Source: Candidatus Bathyarchaeota archaeon (lineage in GTDB: Archaea > Thermoproteota > Bathyarchaeia > 40CM-2-53-6). From it: DNA of 64,000 nucleotides. Positions 17,295 to 26,260 of this stretch are shown here, one piece after another (positions within the stretch are counted from its first letter, which is position 1; every line of letters begins with the position of its first letter). The DNA lies in the NCBI GenBank assembly GCA_005882895.1, contig VBBD01000068.1, forward strand, positions 4,626-68,625. The letters are read 5' to 3'. Below the pieces are notes generated by a model, which worked only from the letters and a program-made list of their open reading frames with translations, was not told where the DNA came from and did not search any database. A program made the translations under genes and the position numbers.

Positions 17295-17846
17295 CTAAAG
17301 AATCTCTGTCGTGACAAGACCCATCTCCTGATGCCTGCTCATTACAAGCTTCCCGTGGGACCTTCTAAGAACAAGAATCACGAATAGATAGCATATCGTT
17401 GTTCCCAGCCCGAACCAGAATAGATCTCCATAAACACCGGAAACATTTACACCGCCTGTTTCGAGGACCCCTATCCAGCCGAGAGCATTCAGAAACTTGC
17501 CACCGAGATGGTATGCAAGATAGGTGGAAATGAACACGCCGGTCAGAACATACTGCCACCCCCAGCCCCTTCGAGATGAAGCAGACCACGGTAGGCCTAT
17601 CACTAGAACTGCCATGACTCCCTGAAAGACGAGACCCGATCGGAGAAAGTCGAGAAAGAGGCCCGTGCTGGAGCCATACTGAGTGATCAAACTGGCCGTC
17701 GTTCCATTTGGATTGATGCCCAGCTCAAGGGCACTATTGACTGCGAGATATTGCGGGATGGACAAGAGAAAATTCGCCAGGGTCGCGAGAGCGTAAATTG
17801 CGAGATGTTCGCGGGCATTGACTCTCAACACCTCACGCCATGACAA
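17295..17846 (-). CDS. hypothetical integral membrane protein
   Basis: This 183-aa protein has about 5 hydrophobic helices and no motif I recognise. Confidence 0.5.
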   Translation of the reverse strand: MSWREVLRVNAREHLAIYALATLANFLLSIPQYLAVNSALELGINPNGTTASLITQYGSSTGLFLDFLRSGLVFQGVMAVLVIGLPWSASSRRGWGWQYVLTGVFISTYLAYHLGGKFLNALGWIGVLETGGVNVSGVYGDLFWFGLGTTICYLFVILVLRRSHGKLVMSRHQEMGLVTTEIL

Positions 17847-18541
17847 GGTATTCTAGATACTACGTTTCTTGCCGACTTCTAAAAGCTGGCGCTGAAGAAT
17901 CTGCCAATGGATCGAGTAATGTAATAAGCAACCCGAACCGGTTTGATTATCTCTTGCCCTCCCGTCTCATCACGCTAGAAGGTATTGACCAAGCAGGGAA
18001 GAAGACTCAGACCAGACTCTTGTCGGCCAGCTTGCGCCGTGAAGGATTCAAGGTCGGCACTCTAAGCTTTCCAATCTACTCTACCAGTTCAGGACGACTT
18101 ATCCGATCCTTCCTAGCTGGGAGAGCAAACACCTCACCACACGCATTGCATATGCTCTATTCCCTTAACCGTTGGGAGAATATGGAAACGATCAATGGCG
18201 CTCTGAAAAAGAACGATTTTGTCATATGTAACCGGTACACACCCTCCAACCTGGCTTACGGGGAAGCTAGGGGCTTGAGCGTACAGTGGCTCGCAGACCT
18301 TGACGCTGGTCTCCCGGAGGCTCGCGCAGTTTTCGTGCTGGATGTTCCTATTCCCAGGTCGTTCTCGAGAAAGACAAGGCGTCGGGACGTCAACGAGAAA
18401 GACCGTGCTTTCCTAGAAAAAGTGCGGAGAAACTATCGTTCGCTGGCTCACAAATTTGGATGGCATCTCGTGGATGGCACAAGGCCTCCTGTCGAGGTTC
18501 ACCATCGAATACTTCTTGGTCTGCGAAGCGCTTTCCTCTAG
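17840..18541 (+). CDS. tmk: thymidylate kinase
   Basis: The P-loop 'ITLEGIDQAGKKTQ' is present, with 'DRY'-region-like 'CNRYTPSNLAYG'. The true start is probably downstream, for example the TTG near 17954, because the track start overlaps the divergent neighbour. Confidence 0.85.
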   Translation: MTRYSRYYVSCRLLKAGAEESANGSSNVISNPNRFDYLLPSRLITLEGIDQAGKKTQTRLLSASLRREGFKVGTLSFPIYSTSSGRLIRSFLAGRANTSPHALHMLYSLNRWENMETINGALKKNDFVICNRYTPSNLAYGEARGLSVQWLADLDAGLPEARAVFVLDVPIPRSFSRKTRRRDVNEKDRAFLEKVRRNYRSLAHKFGWHLVDGTRPPVEVHHRILLGLRSAFL

Positions 18542-18585
18542 GGACCCACTTTCTTCCGATAGTATGGACCTGAACTCTAGGCGGG

Positions 18586-19434
18586 CTAGTCTCTCGGCCT
18601 TCTTGATAATTCTCCGAATTTTGTGATCTCTTCTGCCATTTCAGCCAGTCGTTTGTTGACCTTGAAATGGACCGTGCCCGCCTCATAGTTTCCATCGTTT
18701 TTCAACGCTCCAGCCTTTACGCCTGTTAGAATCTCAATACCTTCATCTATCGTACTTACCGGATAGATGTGGAACCGTCCCTGCTTGACAGCTTCCACCA
18801 CTTCTTCGCTGAGCATTAGATGTTGGACATTGCTCCTTGGAATGAGGACTCCCTCGTCGCCCTTCAGGCCTTTGGCCTTGCATGTATGGTAGAAGCCTTC
18901 GATCTTCTCGTTTACTCCTCCGATGGCTTGAACCTCTCCCTTCTGGTTTACGGATCCGGTAACCGCGAAGTTCTGCTTGATGGGGAGGTCCCCCAGGGCT
19001 GAGAGGATTGCGTAGAGCTCTGTGCTGGACGCGCTGTCACCGTCCACTCCGCCGTAGCTTTGTTCGAAGACCAGTCTACAGGAGACCGAAAGACCATTCA
19101 CCTGGCCTATTTTCGTCCCTGAGGTGTCGATGAGTATGACGCCTCTCTCGATCATTTCTTTGGTTTTTTCGTCGAGGAGGTTGGATCGGTAGATCTTTTC
19201 CTGTAAAGCCTTCAGGATGTGGCTGTCCTTGATGTATTTTGAATCGTCTTGGGATGCGTAGAGGTTGGCTTCTCTAACTAGGTCAGCGATCTCAGGGAAT
19301 TTCGTGGAGAGCTTGGTCTGGTCCTCTGCTAGTCTTGATCCGTATTCCACGACCTTTGCTATGGCAGGTGCTTCAAGATGGTTCAGATTCTCTTTCTCGC
19401 AGAGAGTGTGGACGAACTTTCCGTAGGTTTTCAT
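18586..19434 (-). CDS. Lon-like protease, C-terminal S16 proteolytic-domain subunit
   Basis: 'LVFEQSYGGVDGDSASSTELYAILSAL' carries the catalytic Ser, and 'TGSVNQKGEVQAIGGVNEKIEGF' carries the catalytic Lys. The ATG overlaps the stop of the upstream ORF (ATGA at 19431-19434). Confidence 0.8.
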   Translation of the reverse strand: MKTYGKFVHTLCEKENLNHLEAPAIAKVVEYGSRLAEDQTKLSTKFPEIADLVREANLYASQDDSKYIKDSHILKALQEKIYRSNLLDEKTKEMIERGVILIDTSGTKIGQVNGLSVSCRLVFEQSYGGVDGDSASSTELYAILSALGDLPIKQNFAVTGSVNQKGEVQAIGGVNEKIEGFYHTCKAKGLKGDEGVLIPRSNVQHLMLSEEVVEAVKQGRFHIYPVSTIDEGIEILTGVKAGALKNDGNYEAGTVHFKVNKRLAEMAEEITKFGELSRRPRD

Positions 19435-20651
19435 GTTCTCGTCATTCCTTCTTCGATGGCAATGTTTCCGCTCTGAAGTGCTCTCTTGAGACCCTCGTAT
19501 GATAACTGGCTCGTTAGAAGCTCCCTAGCTCCGAGTATCAGAAAGCCACCGTTAGCTTTGTGGATCGATCCCCCTTTGATCAGGGTGAAGTCTGTTGAGA
19601 GAGTTCCAAACTTGGCCTCGTTCTCGATTCTGCCAAGCAGGTTCGTTACCGTCGGATTGTCCTCAGCGATCACCGGTGCGCCCTTCAGTTCGGAATTGTC
19701 GACGATGACGTTGACCTGGTACCTTCTGAATAGAATGTCAGGCAAACCACTCTCTGATAGACTCGGTGGCGCGTCAGGATCCTTCTTCTGTTGTTCCGTC
19801 CCACTCAGAGTGAACAGTTCGGTGTTTTCTAGAACGTCGTCTCTCATATCGTCGAGATATTGTATTACGTCTGGCTGGTCCTGATAGCGAGAGGTTAGGG
19901 TGCTGATTAGGCCGCCCATTGCATAGTGGACTGTATCGTCTCTGAGTTTCTTCAGTTCATCGAGTGTCTTTGCTTCGAGTTCGTTGACTTGTTTCCCGGC
20001 TTTGTCCAGCGCGTTTCTTACCGTCTCTCTACTCTGCTCGAATTTCTTCTTAACAGTCGGTGGTAAGGCGTCAAATTCCTCTTGGCTGAGAGGCTTTCCC
20101 GCGCGGATAGGGACTATTCCGATGCCCAGCTGATTCATTCGGACGGCGTAACTGGACTGTTTGGCCTCATCGTTGAGCTCGTTGAGAATCTTGTCTCTCT
20201 CTTCTACCGATTTTTTCGTAATACTGTTTGTTCGGGCCACAAATTCTTCGCTCTGAAGAGCCGCGGGAACTGCTCTCTTGACCTGGTCAATGAGATTCTT
20301 CAGGTCTTTCTGGAAGATCTTGGCTTTGCCAGCTGGGAGTTTGAGGGCTTTCGGCTCGTAAGGATTCTGGAAATTATTTACGTAACACCAGTCAGGCGGA
20401 GTAGGTTTGGTTTTCGCGATTTTTTCCAGGTAACTTCTGGTGGCAGGCCTCTTACCCGTGACGGGGGGACCAGCGGCGAAGATGTTGAATCCTTTTCCCT
20501 TCATCTCCACGCCGAATATGAGAGCTTTGAGGGCGCGATCTTGTCCGACTATTCCTTCGAGAGGAGTTAGTTCTTCACTGGTCTTGCATTCAGCCTTTCC
20601 AGGCGGACATTCCAGCCGCAATTTTTCCGGAGGAAGCTCACTAATCACCAA
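19431..20651 (-). CDS. Lon-like protease, N-terminal AAA-like subunit with degenerate Walker A and Walker B (COG1067-type)
   Basis: Family-like segments are 'IVGQDRALKALIFG', 'WCYVNNFQNPYEPKALKLPAGKAKIF', 'DNPTVTNLLGRIE' and 'IHKANGGFLIL'. Walker A reads 'GPPVTGKR', and the Walker B position reads 'LILGA'. Confidence 0.75.
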   Translation of the reverse strand: MVISELPPEKLRLECPPGKAECKTSEELTPLEGIVGQDRALKALIFGVEMKGKGFNIFAAGPPVTGKRPATRSYLEKIAKTKPTPPDWCYVNNFQNPYEPKALKLPAGKAKIFQKDLKNLIDQVKRAVPAALQSEEFVARTNSITKKSVEERDKILNELNDEAKQSSYAVRMNQLGIGIVPIRAGKPLSQEEFDALPPTVKKKFEQSRETVRNALDKAGKQVNELEAKTLDELKKLRDDTVHYAMGGLISTLTSRYQDQPDVIQYLDDMRDDVLENTELFTLSGTEQQKKDPDAPPSLSESGLPDILFRRYQVNVIVDNSELKGAPVIAEDNPTVTNLLGRIENEAKFGTLSTDFTLIKGGSIHKANGGFLILGARELLTSQLSYEGLKRALQSGNIAIEEGMTRT

Positions 20652-20777
20652 TTAGGGTTCCAAGGCGTATTGACTACGAGCAGTATCTAAAGAAAACCTG
20701 CAGGGGATGGAGGGTTCTTGCTTGTTTTCATGCCGGACCTTATACGGCCTTTTGTCGACATCTCGATCTGAAATGCG

Positions 20778-21584
20778 TTGAGCGACATCTTGGAAAGGTC
20801 TCCTCCGCCTTTCAATCAACGCGTCCGGTACGGCCGGGATCCGCAGCACTTTGCAGATTTGCGGTTTCCTTCTGGCCGGGGGCCCTTTCCGTTCCTGTTC
20901 GTGATCCATGGCGGTTTCTGGCAATCTGCATATGACTTATCGCACATTGGCCACCTCTGCGCCGCCCTTACCCGCAAAGGAATCATCACCTGCAACCTCG
21001 ATTACAGACGGATCGGAGATCACGGTGGCGGTTGGCCTGGAACGTTTCAGGATGTCAGTCTCGCGACTGATCACATTCTGGGATTGTTCTCTTCAGACTC
21101 ACGGGTTGACTTGACTCGAACAGCTGTCCTTGGACACTCTGCTGGAGGGCACCTTGCACTATGGCTGGCAAGCAGACACCGCATATCCAAAGCCTCACCA
21201 CTACACAGCGCTCAGAAGTACAGTCTCGGTAGTGCGGTTTCGCTCGCAGGCGTGTGCGACCTTCGGACAGCCTGGAAGCAGCGACTGGGAAACGGCATTG
21301 TTGCAAAGTTCATGGGCGGGACACCCGACCAGCATCCGGACCGATACGACGCTGGCAGCCCCATCGAACTGCTACCCACCGGAACAAGACAGGTCCTGGT
21401 CCACGGAACAGCCGACAACGTAGTCCCCGTCTCTCAGTCCGAAAATTTCGTCAAGAGAGCTGAACAGATAGGCGAACCCGCCACCCTGGACAAACTCGAC
21501 GGTGTTGGCCATTTCGAGCTGATTGACCCGGAATCAGACGCATGGTCCGCCGTCGTTGGAGCTGTTCTGTCCCTATGGGCCTGA
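20778..21584 (+). CDS. alpha/beta hydrolase (esterase / arylformamidase-like)
   Basis: The oxyanion motif is 'VIHGGFW' and the nucleophile elbow is 'GHSAGGHLA'. Asp and His candidates are 'HGTADNVV' and 'GVGHFE'. The start codon is TTG. Confidence 0.8.
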   Translation: MSDILERSPPPFNQRVRYGRDPQHFADLRFPSGRGPFPFLFVIHGGFWQSAYDLSHIGHLCAALTRKGIITCNLDYRRIGDHGGGWPGTFQDVSLATDHILGLFSSDSRVDLTRTAVLGHSAGGHLALWLASRHRISKASPLHSAQKYSLGSAVSLAGVCDLRTAWKQRLGNGIVAKFMGGTPDQHPDRYDAGSPIELLPTGTRQVLVHGTADNVVPVSQSENFVKRAEQIGEPATLDKLDGVGHFELIDPESDAWSAVVGAVLSLWA

Positions 21585-21668
21585 GCTAGACGGTCAGAGT
21601 GTTCTGTTGCGCAGGCCTGATTTTGTTTCTGCCGTATGTCGAGATTTTGGTTGGTTGGTTGCTCTCGG

Positions 21669-23063
21669 TTATTTTACGTACGTTTCGACTTCGATATTGC
21701 GTGGCTCGTAGTCGGTGAGTTTTCCCGCTAGGAAGTCTTCGTAGGCTTTGATGTCGAGTAGACCATGGCCGCAGTTGTTGAAGGCAAGTACTTTCTCCTC
21801 GCCGGTCTTCTTGCACTGGATAGCTTGGTCTATGATGAATTTGATGCAGTGGGCGGTTTCGGGGGCTGGGATGACTCCTTCTGTCTGGGCGAAAGTCCTC
21901 GCGGCTTGGAACACTTCGTTCTGGTGATAGGCTACCGAGCGCAAGTGGCCTTTGTTGATGAGGTAGGATAGGGATGGGGCCTTTCCGTGGTATCTCAGGC
22001 CTCCTGAATGGATGGGAGGTGACTGGTACTTGTGGCCGACGGTGTACATCTTCAGGAGCGGTGTCATTTCGGCGGTGTCTCCAAAATCATATGTGAAGGT
22101 TCCACGTGTAGTAGATGGGACCGCTTTCGGTTCGCAGGCCACGAACTCCGCATCTAGCTTCCCATGGAGTTTGTCAGCGAGAAATGGGTAGGCGAAGCCT
22201 GCGAAGTTGGAACCTCCGCCGATGCAACCCGCTATTACATCTGGTTGTACGTCAATGGACTCGAACTGTTTCTTCGCTTCAAGGCCAATGATCGACTGAT
22301 GGGTTAGGACATGGTTCATGACCGAGCCTAGACAGTATCTCGTGTCATCGTGGGTCACAGTGTCTTCAAGCGCTTCGCTTATTGCGATCCCGAGGGTTCC
22401 GGGGTGGTTCTTGTCCTGGGCTAGCAAAGACCTTCCATAGTTCGTGTCCTCACTGGGGGAAGGCCGGACTTCCGATCCATATGTCTCCATCATTACGCGT
22501 CTGCCAGGTTTCTGCTGATAGCTAACTCGAACCATGTACACTTTGCATTTCAATCCGAACATCGCAGCGCCTAGAGCTAGAGCGGACCCCCACTGGCCCG
22601 CGCCACTCTCTGTTGCTAGCCTCTCGGTCCCCTGTTCCTTGTTGTAGTATGCTTGGGCTATGGCTGTGTTGGGCTTGTGGCTGCCAGTCGGGCTGAGGTA
22701 TTCTGCCTTGTAGAATATCTTGGCGGGGGTCTTCAGGACTCTCTCTAGTCGGGTTGCACGAACTAGCGGGGTGGGACGCCCGATCTCAAGGTAGGCCTGT
22801 AGGACGTCGTCTGGTATGGTGATGAAGCGTTCTGAGCTGATCTCTTGGCGTATTAGTTCCTTGGCGAAGATTCTTTCGAGATTCGCGGGATTGACTGGTT
22901 CCTTGGTCTTCGGGTCAAGGGGAGGGGGGAGACGTTCGCTAAGGTCGGCCTGTATGTTGTAGTATCGTGTCGGGAGCTCATCTTCGTCGAGGTTAATTCG
23001 GTTCTCCGGGAGAATTTTCTGTTCCGCCTCGACCATGTAGGTAATCGAGGTTACACGCAACAT
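21669..23063 (-). CDS. trpB: TrpB-like PLP-dependent enzyme (tryptophan synthase beta chain, TrpB2 type)
   Basis: 'GRPTPLVRATRLE' is present. 'PTGSHKPNTA' carries the PLP-binding Lys. 'ESGAGQWGSALA' and 'GGGSNFAG' also fit. The 464-aa length and N-terminal extension are typical of TrpB2. Confidence 0.9.
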   Translation of the reverse strand: MLRVTSITYMVEAEQKILPENRINLDEDELPTRYYNIQADLSERLPPPLDPKTKEPVNPANLERIFAKELIRQEISSERFITIPDDVLQAYLEIGRPTPLVRATRLERVLKTPAKIFYKAEYLSPTGSHKPNTAIAQAYYNKEQGTERLATESGAGQWGSALALGAAMFGLKCKVYMVRVSYQQKPGRRVMMETYGSEVRPSPSEDTNYGRSLLAQDKNHPGTLGIAISEALEDTVTHDDTRYCLGSVMNHVLTHQSIIGLEAKKQFESIDVQPDVIAGCIGGGSNFAGFAYPFLADKLHGKLDAEFVACEPKAVPSTTRGTFTYDFGDTAEMTPLLKMYTVGHKYQSPPIHSGGLRYHGKAPSLSYLINKGHLRSVAYHQNEVFQAARTFAQTEGVIPAPETAHCIKFIIDQAIQCKKTGEEKVLAFNNCGHGLLDIKAYEDFLAGKLTDYEPRNIEVETYVK

Positions 23064-23098
23064 TTTAGGCTTACTCGTACAGTTTAGTACGTGCAGCC

Positions 23099-23605
23099 AT
23101 GTGGAACAAAATCCAGGAACTAATGGGACAGCATCATCCTGAACGATTGAGAGTAGCTCGGCTTTGCATAGAAAACGGCTTGGCAGTTCGGGACGACGGA
23201 ATCTATCTGAACCGGATCGAGATACCGACAGCCAGAATCGCTAGAGCCGCTGGAGTAGACAGGAGAACTGTGGCTGAGACTGTGCGGATGATCCAGAGCG
23301 ACACCGGTCTTCGAGATATCTTTGAACGGTTTCAGTCGGCAGGGCTATCTCTCAAGGGCGTCGCGAAGCAGTTGAGTCTTGGTGTTGTCGAAATAAGTGC
23401 TCGGGACCCGAAGGATATTGGAATACTCGCGAGTGCGTCCAAACTCTTGGCTGACGCAGGCATCAGCATACGGCAAGCACAGGTCGACGACCCGGAACTT
23501 TCTCCCGAACCGAAACTTACTCTCATCGGAGACAAGAGTGTGCCAGGCCACCTGATCCCGGAGATGTTGAAGATTAGAGGCGTAGCCAGAGTCTCAGTCT
23601 ACTAG
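23099..23605 (+). CDS. ACT-domain regulator of amino-acid metabolism (COG2150-like) with an N-terminal HTH
   Basis: The N-terminal region has an HTH-like segment, 'TARIARAAGVDRRTVAETV'. The C-terminal region is ACT-like ('GVVEISARDPKDIGILASASKLLADAGISIRQA'). The gene is divergent from trpB2. Confidence 0.65.
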   Translation: MWNKIQELMGQHHPERLRVARLCIENGLAVRDDGIYLNRIEIPTARIARAAGVDRRTVAETVRMIQSDTGLRDIFERFQSAGLSLKGVAKQLSLGVVEISARDPKDIGILASASKLLADAGISIRQAQVDDPELSPEPKLTLIGDKSVPGHLIPEMLKIRGVARVSVY

Positions 23606-23876
23606 CTAACGTGTACGATGTAACGTTGAGGTTTGTTCGTGCCACGGGCAGAATCTATACGCGGACCTGTGGTTCTCGAGTTTTCAAACCGGTTTCGAGG
23701 CGGATCTGGACTTTGAAGGGTTCGCAGAAAGAAACCGGCGTTCATGAACTAACTTCGGTGGTCCATACGGACTATTATTTTCGCGTAAGGTAAATACCGT
23801 CAAGCGGCGCGAAAGCGCTCAAGTAATACAACCCCTGAAGTCGCTTCTGGTCCTACGGACGGGTATATGCCCGCGA

Positions 23877-24521
23877 TCACCGACTACGAATCACTTTTCG
23901 CATCATCCATTTACTTGTACCGAGGGCACCGAGCGGACGAAATCCGAGCTCGGCGAACATTGCTTCAGTTCCACCCCACAAGAACGAACTCGAGTACGGT
24001 TTCCCTCGAGTGTCGATCGGATATCCGTCAACCGTCCCACCCCCCTTGGCACCGATGATCCGAAGCGCTCCTTCCAGGGCTGCCTTCGCGACTCCCTCCC
24101 GCCTGTGATCGCGATCGACGAAGAAGCACGTAATCCTCCAGTCGGGCGGAGCCGCATCCAACCTACCGTACCCGCTCATTCGGCCCGGGAGCTCGACTGG
24201 GGGCCCGAACTGACACCAACCAACAACATCCGCACCGTCATAGACGAGAGCCGCGTGGGACTGATTCGCTCGAACAAGCTTCTCTTTCAACGCCCTGTGC
24301 TTTCCAGTCCACTGTTTCTCCTCGCTGCGCTTGAGGTGGAAGGCGACGCACCAGCAGCCACCCCACACGCCTTTATGCTTCTCAACAATTCGCGCAAAGT
24401 CAAGCCAGGTCTTCTGTCCGAGTTCCCTTATCAGAAATCGAGTCTTGGGTTGTTTCCCGCGCTTCGTGTGAGATGGGAGGTCGCTTTTCGAGTCTGAACT
24501 TGGGCTAGGCAGCTTTTTCAT
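23877..24521 (-). CDS. GNAT family N-acetyltransferase
   Basis: The acetyl-CoA motif region is 'CFFVDRDHRREGVAKAALEGAL'. It shares the N-terminal motif 'WGGCWC' with its paralog at 42655..43257 ('WSGCYC'). Confidence 0.75.
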   Translation of the reverse strand: MKKLPSPSSDSKSDLPSHTKRGKQPKTRFLIRELGQKTWLDFARIVEKHKGVWGGCWCVAFHLKRSEEKQWTGKHRALKEKLVRANQSHAALVYDGADVVGWCQFGPPVELPGRMSGYGRLDAAPPDWRITCFFVDRDHRREGVAKAALEGALRIIGAKGGGTVDGYPIDTRGKPYSSSFLWGGTEAMFAELGFRPLGALGTSKWMMRKVIRSR

Positions 24522-24640
24522 AGTTCAGATATCCGCCCTTCGTTGCAATCCGCAAATCATCCAGGGGTCCGCTTTAGGAGCGGCGAGGCCTGGCTTTAAA
24601 ATAGAAAGACCCAATATTCCGAACCAATACGTTTCAACCA

Positions 24641-25399
24641 ATGGTTCTCTCCACCTCAGAGCAACAGTTTTCCTTCAGGGAAGAGTGGTTGAAGAATGGA
24701 AGCGTCCGTCTCCACTACGTTGAGAGCGGCTGGGATTCTCCCTCCAGCCTCACACCTGTAGTCTACCCGCACATCGGGTTTGGTACGGCTGAGGTCTTCA
24801 TTCCGGAGATGAAGGCGCTCTCACCTCGGAGGTGCGTTGCATGCAGCCTGAGAGGACGCGGCAACAGCGACGCTCCCGAGGCGGGCTACTCCTTCGAGGA
24901 GAACGTCTCGGACATTGACGCGGTCGTCAACCATCTGACTTTCGATAGGATTTGCGTCATGGGTTTCTCTCTCGGAGTAACCTACTCAATAGCCTACGCC
25001 GCTCAGCATCCAGAACTTGTATCAGGACTGGTCCTCCTGGATTATCCCGCCCGGTATCCCAAGTTCTCGGCAGGATGGGCGGAGAGATGGTCATCCGAGC
25101 CATCAATTAAGGACAACCCAGACCGGATGAGAGGAATGCGCGGGCTGGAACGAGAGTCCACAGAGGTCCTCCTCTGGGACAAACTGGACGCGATAGAATC
25201 TCCAATTCTTCTAATAGGCGGTTGTGCCGAGGGAGCCCTTCTCAAACCAGAACACGTCGAAAAGTACCGACAACACTGCCGAAACTTGGAAGTCGCCATC
25301 TTTCCTAACTCTGGGCATATGGTCTGGCAACCCGACTACGATAGGTTCATCAGCAGAGTAAACAAGTTCCTCGATTACATAGACGATCAGCGTAGATAG
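24641..25399 (+). CDS. alpha/beta hydrolase fold protein
   Basis: It has a nucleophile-elbow-like segment, 'VMGFSLGV', and a C-terminal His in 'NSGHMVW'. The length is typical for the family. Confidence 0.75.
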   Translation: MVLSTSEQQFSFREEWLKNGSVRLHYVESGWDSPSSLTPVVYPHIGFGTAEVFIPEMKALSPRRCVACSLRGRGNSDAPEAGYSFEENVSDIDAVVNHLTFDRICVMGFSLGVTYSIAYAAQHPELVSGLVLLDYPARYPKFSAGWAERWSSEPSIKDNPDRMRGMRGLERESTEVLLWDKLDAIESPILLIGGCAEGALLKPEHVEKYRQHCRNLEVAIFPNSGHMVWQPDYDRFISRVNKFLDYIDDQRR

Positions 25400-25480
25400 C
25401 TGTGCCGAGGGCAGAATCTGTAGGTGGATTGTGGATCCCTGGTTTTCCAAACCACTTTCTTGCAGTCCTCGCCATTGGAC

Positions 25481-25909
25481 CTAGCCTATTGAGACAACTT
25501 GGCGTAGCTCGTACTCGTTACCATCCGGGTCTCGGAACCTCGCCTCTCTAGCTGTGACAAACTCGTCAGGGCGAAAGTCCACATTGCGCAGCCTTCCAAC
25601 AGTTCCACCGTACTTCCTAATCATCAGGATGCTCTTCTCAATGTCCTTGGTTAGGAAGTGCAATGCCAGGGGTTTCTGGCGTCGGGGCGTTCCCCTGTAA
25701 CCTCCGTGGATTGATAGTACGAAGCCTGTAGCGTCAAGTTCTGCCCAGTCGGACCGCTTGTGGAGAACGGGCAGGTTGAAGACCATACGATAAAACCGAA
25801 GGCACTTCTCAAAGTTTGAAACGAACACGATGATGGGGCTGATCAGCGTATCCCTGGTGTAAGCACGCCGGTACCTGTTCTTCTTGGTCAGACGCTTCGA
25901 GCGTCTCAT
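25481..25909 (-). CDS. VOC / glyoxalase-bleomycin resistance family protein
   Basis: The beta-alpha-beta-beta-beta module pattern is present: 'IIVFVSNFEKCLRFYRMVF', 'ALHFLTKDIEKS' and 'FRDPDGNEYEL'. Confidence 0.7.
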   Translation of the reverse strand: MRRSKRLTKKNRYRRAYTRDTLISPIIVFVSNFEKCLRFYRMVFNLPVLHKRSDWAELDATGFVLSIHGGYRGTPRRQKPLALHFLTKDIEKSILMIRKYGGTVGRLRNVDFRPDEFVTAREARFRDPDGNEYELRQVVSIG

Positions 25910-25960
25910 TCTTCACGTCACGTGGAAGAGGGAAACTGAGACGGTAGTTCAAGCTTTTTT

Positions 25961-26102
25961 TGGTGCCGAGGGCAGGATTTGAACCTGCGACTGGGCCGGT
26001 CTCTGTTAAGGGACCGTCAGCCCGGTATCAGATGTTACCATCTTCAGCCGGGTGCTCTCCCTCGCCTCCTCTTCCGAGAGGATCAGGCTGAGCTACCTCG
26101 GC
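25961..26102 (-). tRNA. tRNA-Phe(GAA) with three putative introns (D-loop, canonical 37/38, variable region); CCA is encoded
   Basis: I folded the reverse complement by hand.
- Acceptor: GCCGAGG/CCTCGGC.
- D-arm: GCTC-AGCCTG[~23 nt]GGA-GAGC.
- Anticodon arm: CCCGG-CTGAAG[~15 nt]A-CCGGG.
- T-arm: GCAGG-TTCAAAT-CCTGC, preceded by an insert of about 27 nt.
- 3' end: discriminator A followed by CCA. Confidence 0.9.
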
Positions 26103-26260
26103 GGGCCTCGGCAAAGACGACACTTTTCTAGAGCAGAATTAAGCTTTCTAGATGATAAGTGAGAGATTGGGGACGAGGGGACGAAACAAACCTGAGGTAT
26201 CGAAAGGTCTTAACCGCTCGCCCCTGCGAGCTTGTCGAGCCATAGAAACGTGTCTACCTG

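Noticed and set aside
20652-20924. 90-aa minus-strand ORF between the Lon-like gene and the alpha/beta hydrolase gene
   Set aside because: It overlaps the 5' part of the hydrolase gene on the opposite strand, has a Pro/Arg-rich composition, and shows no motif.
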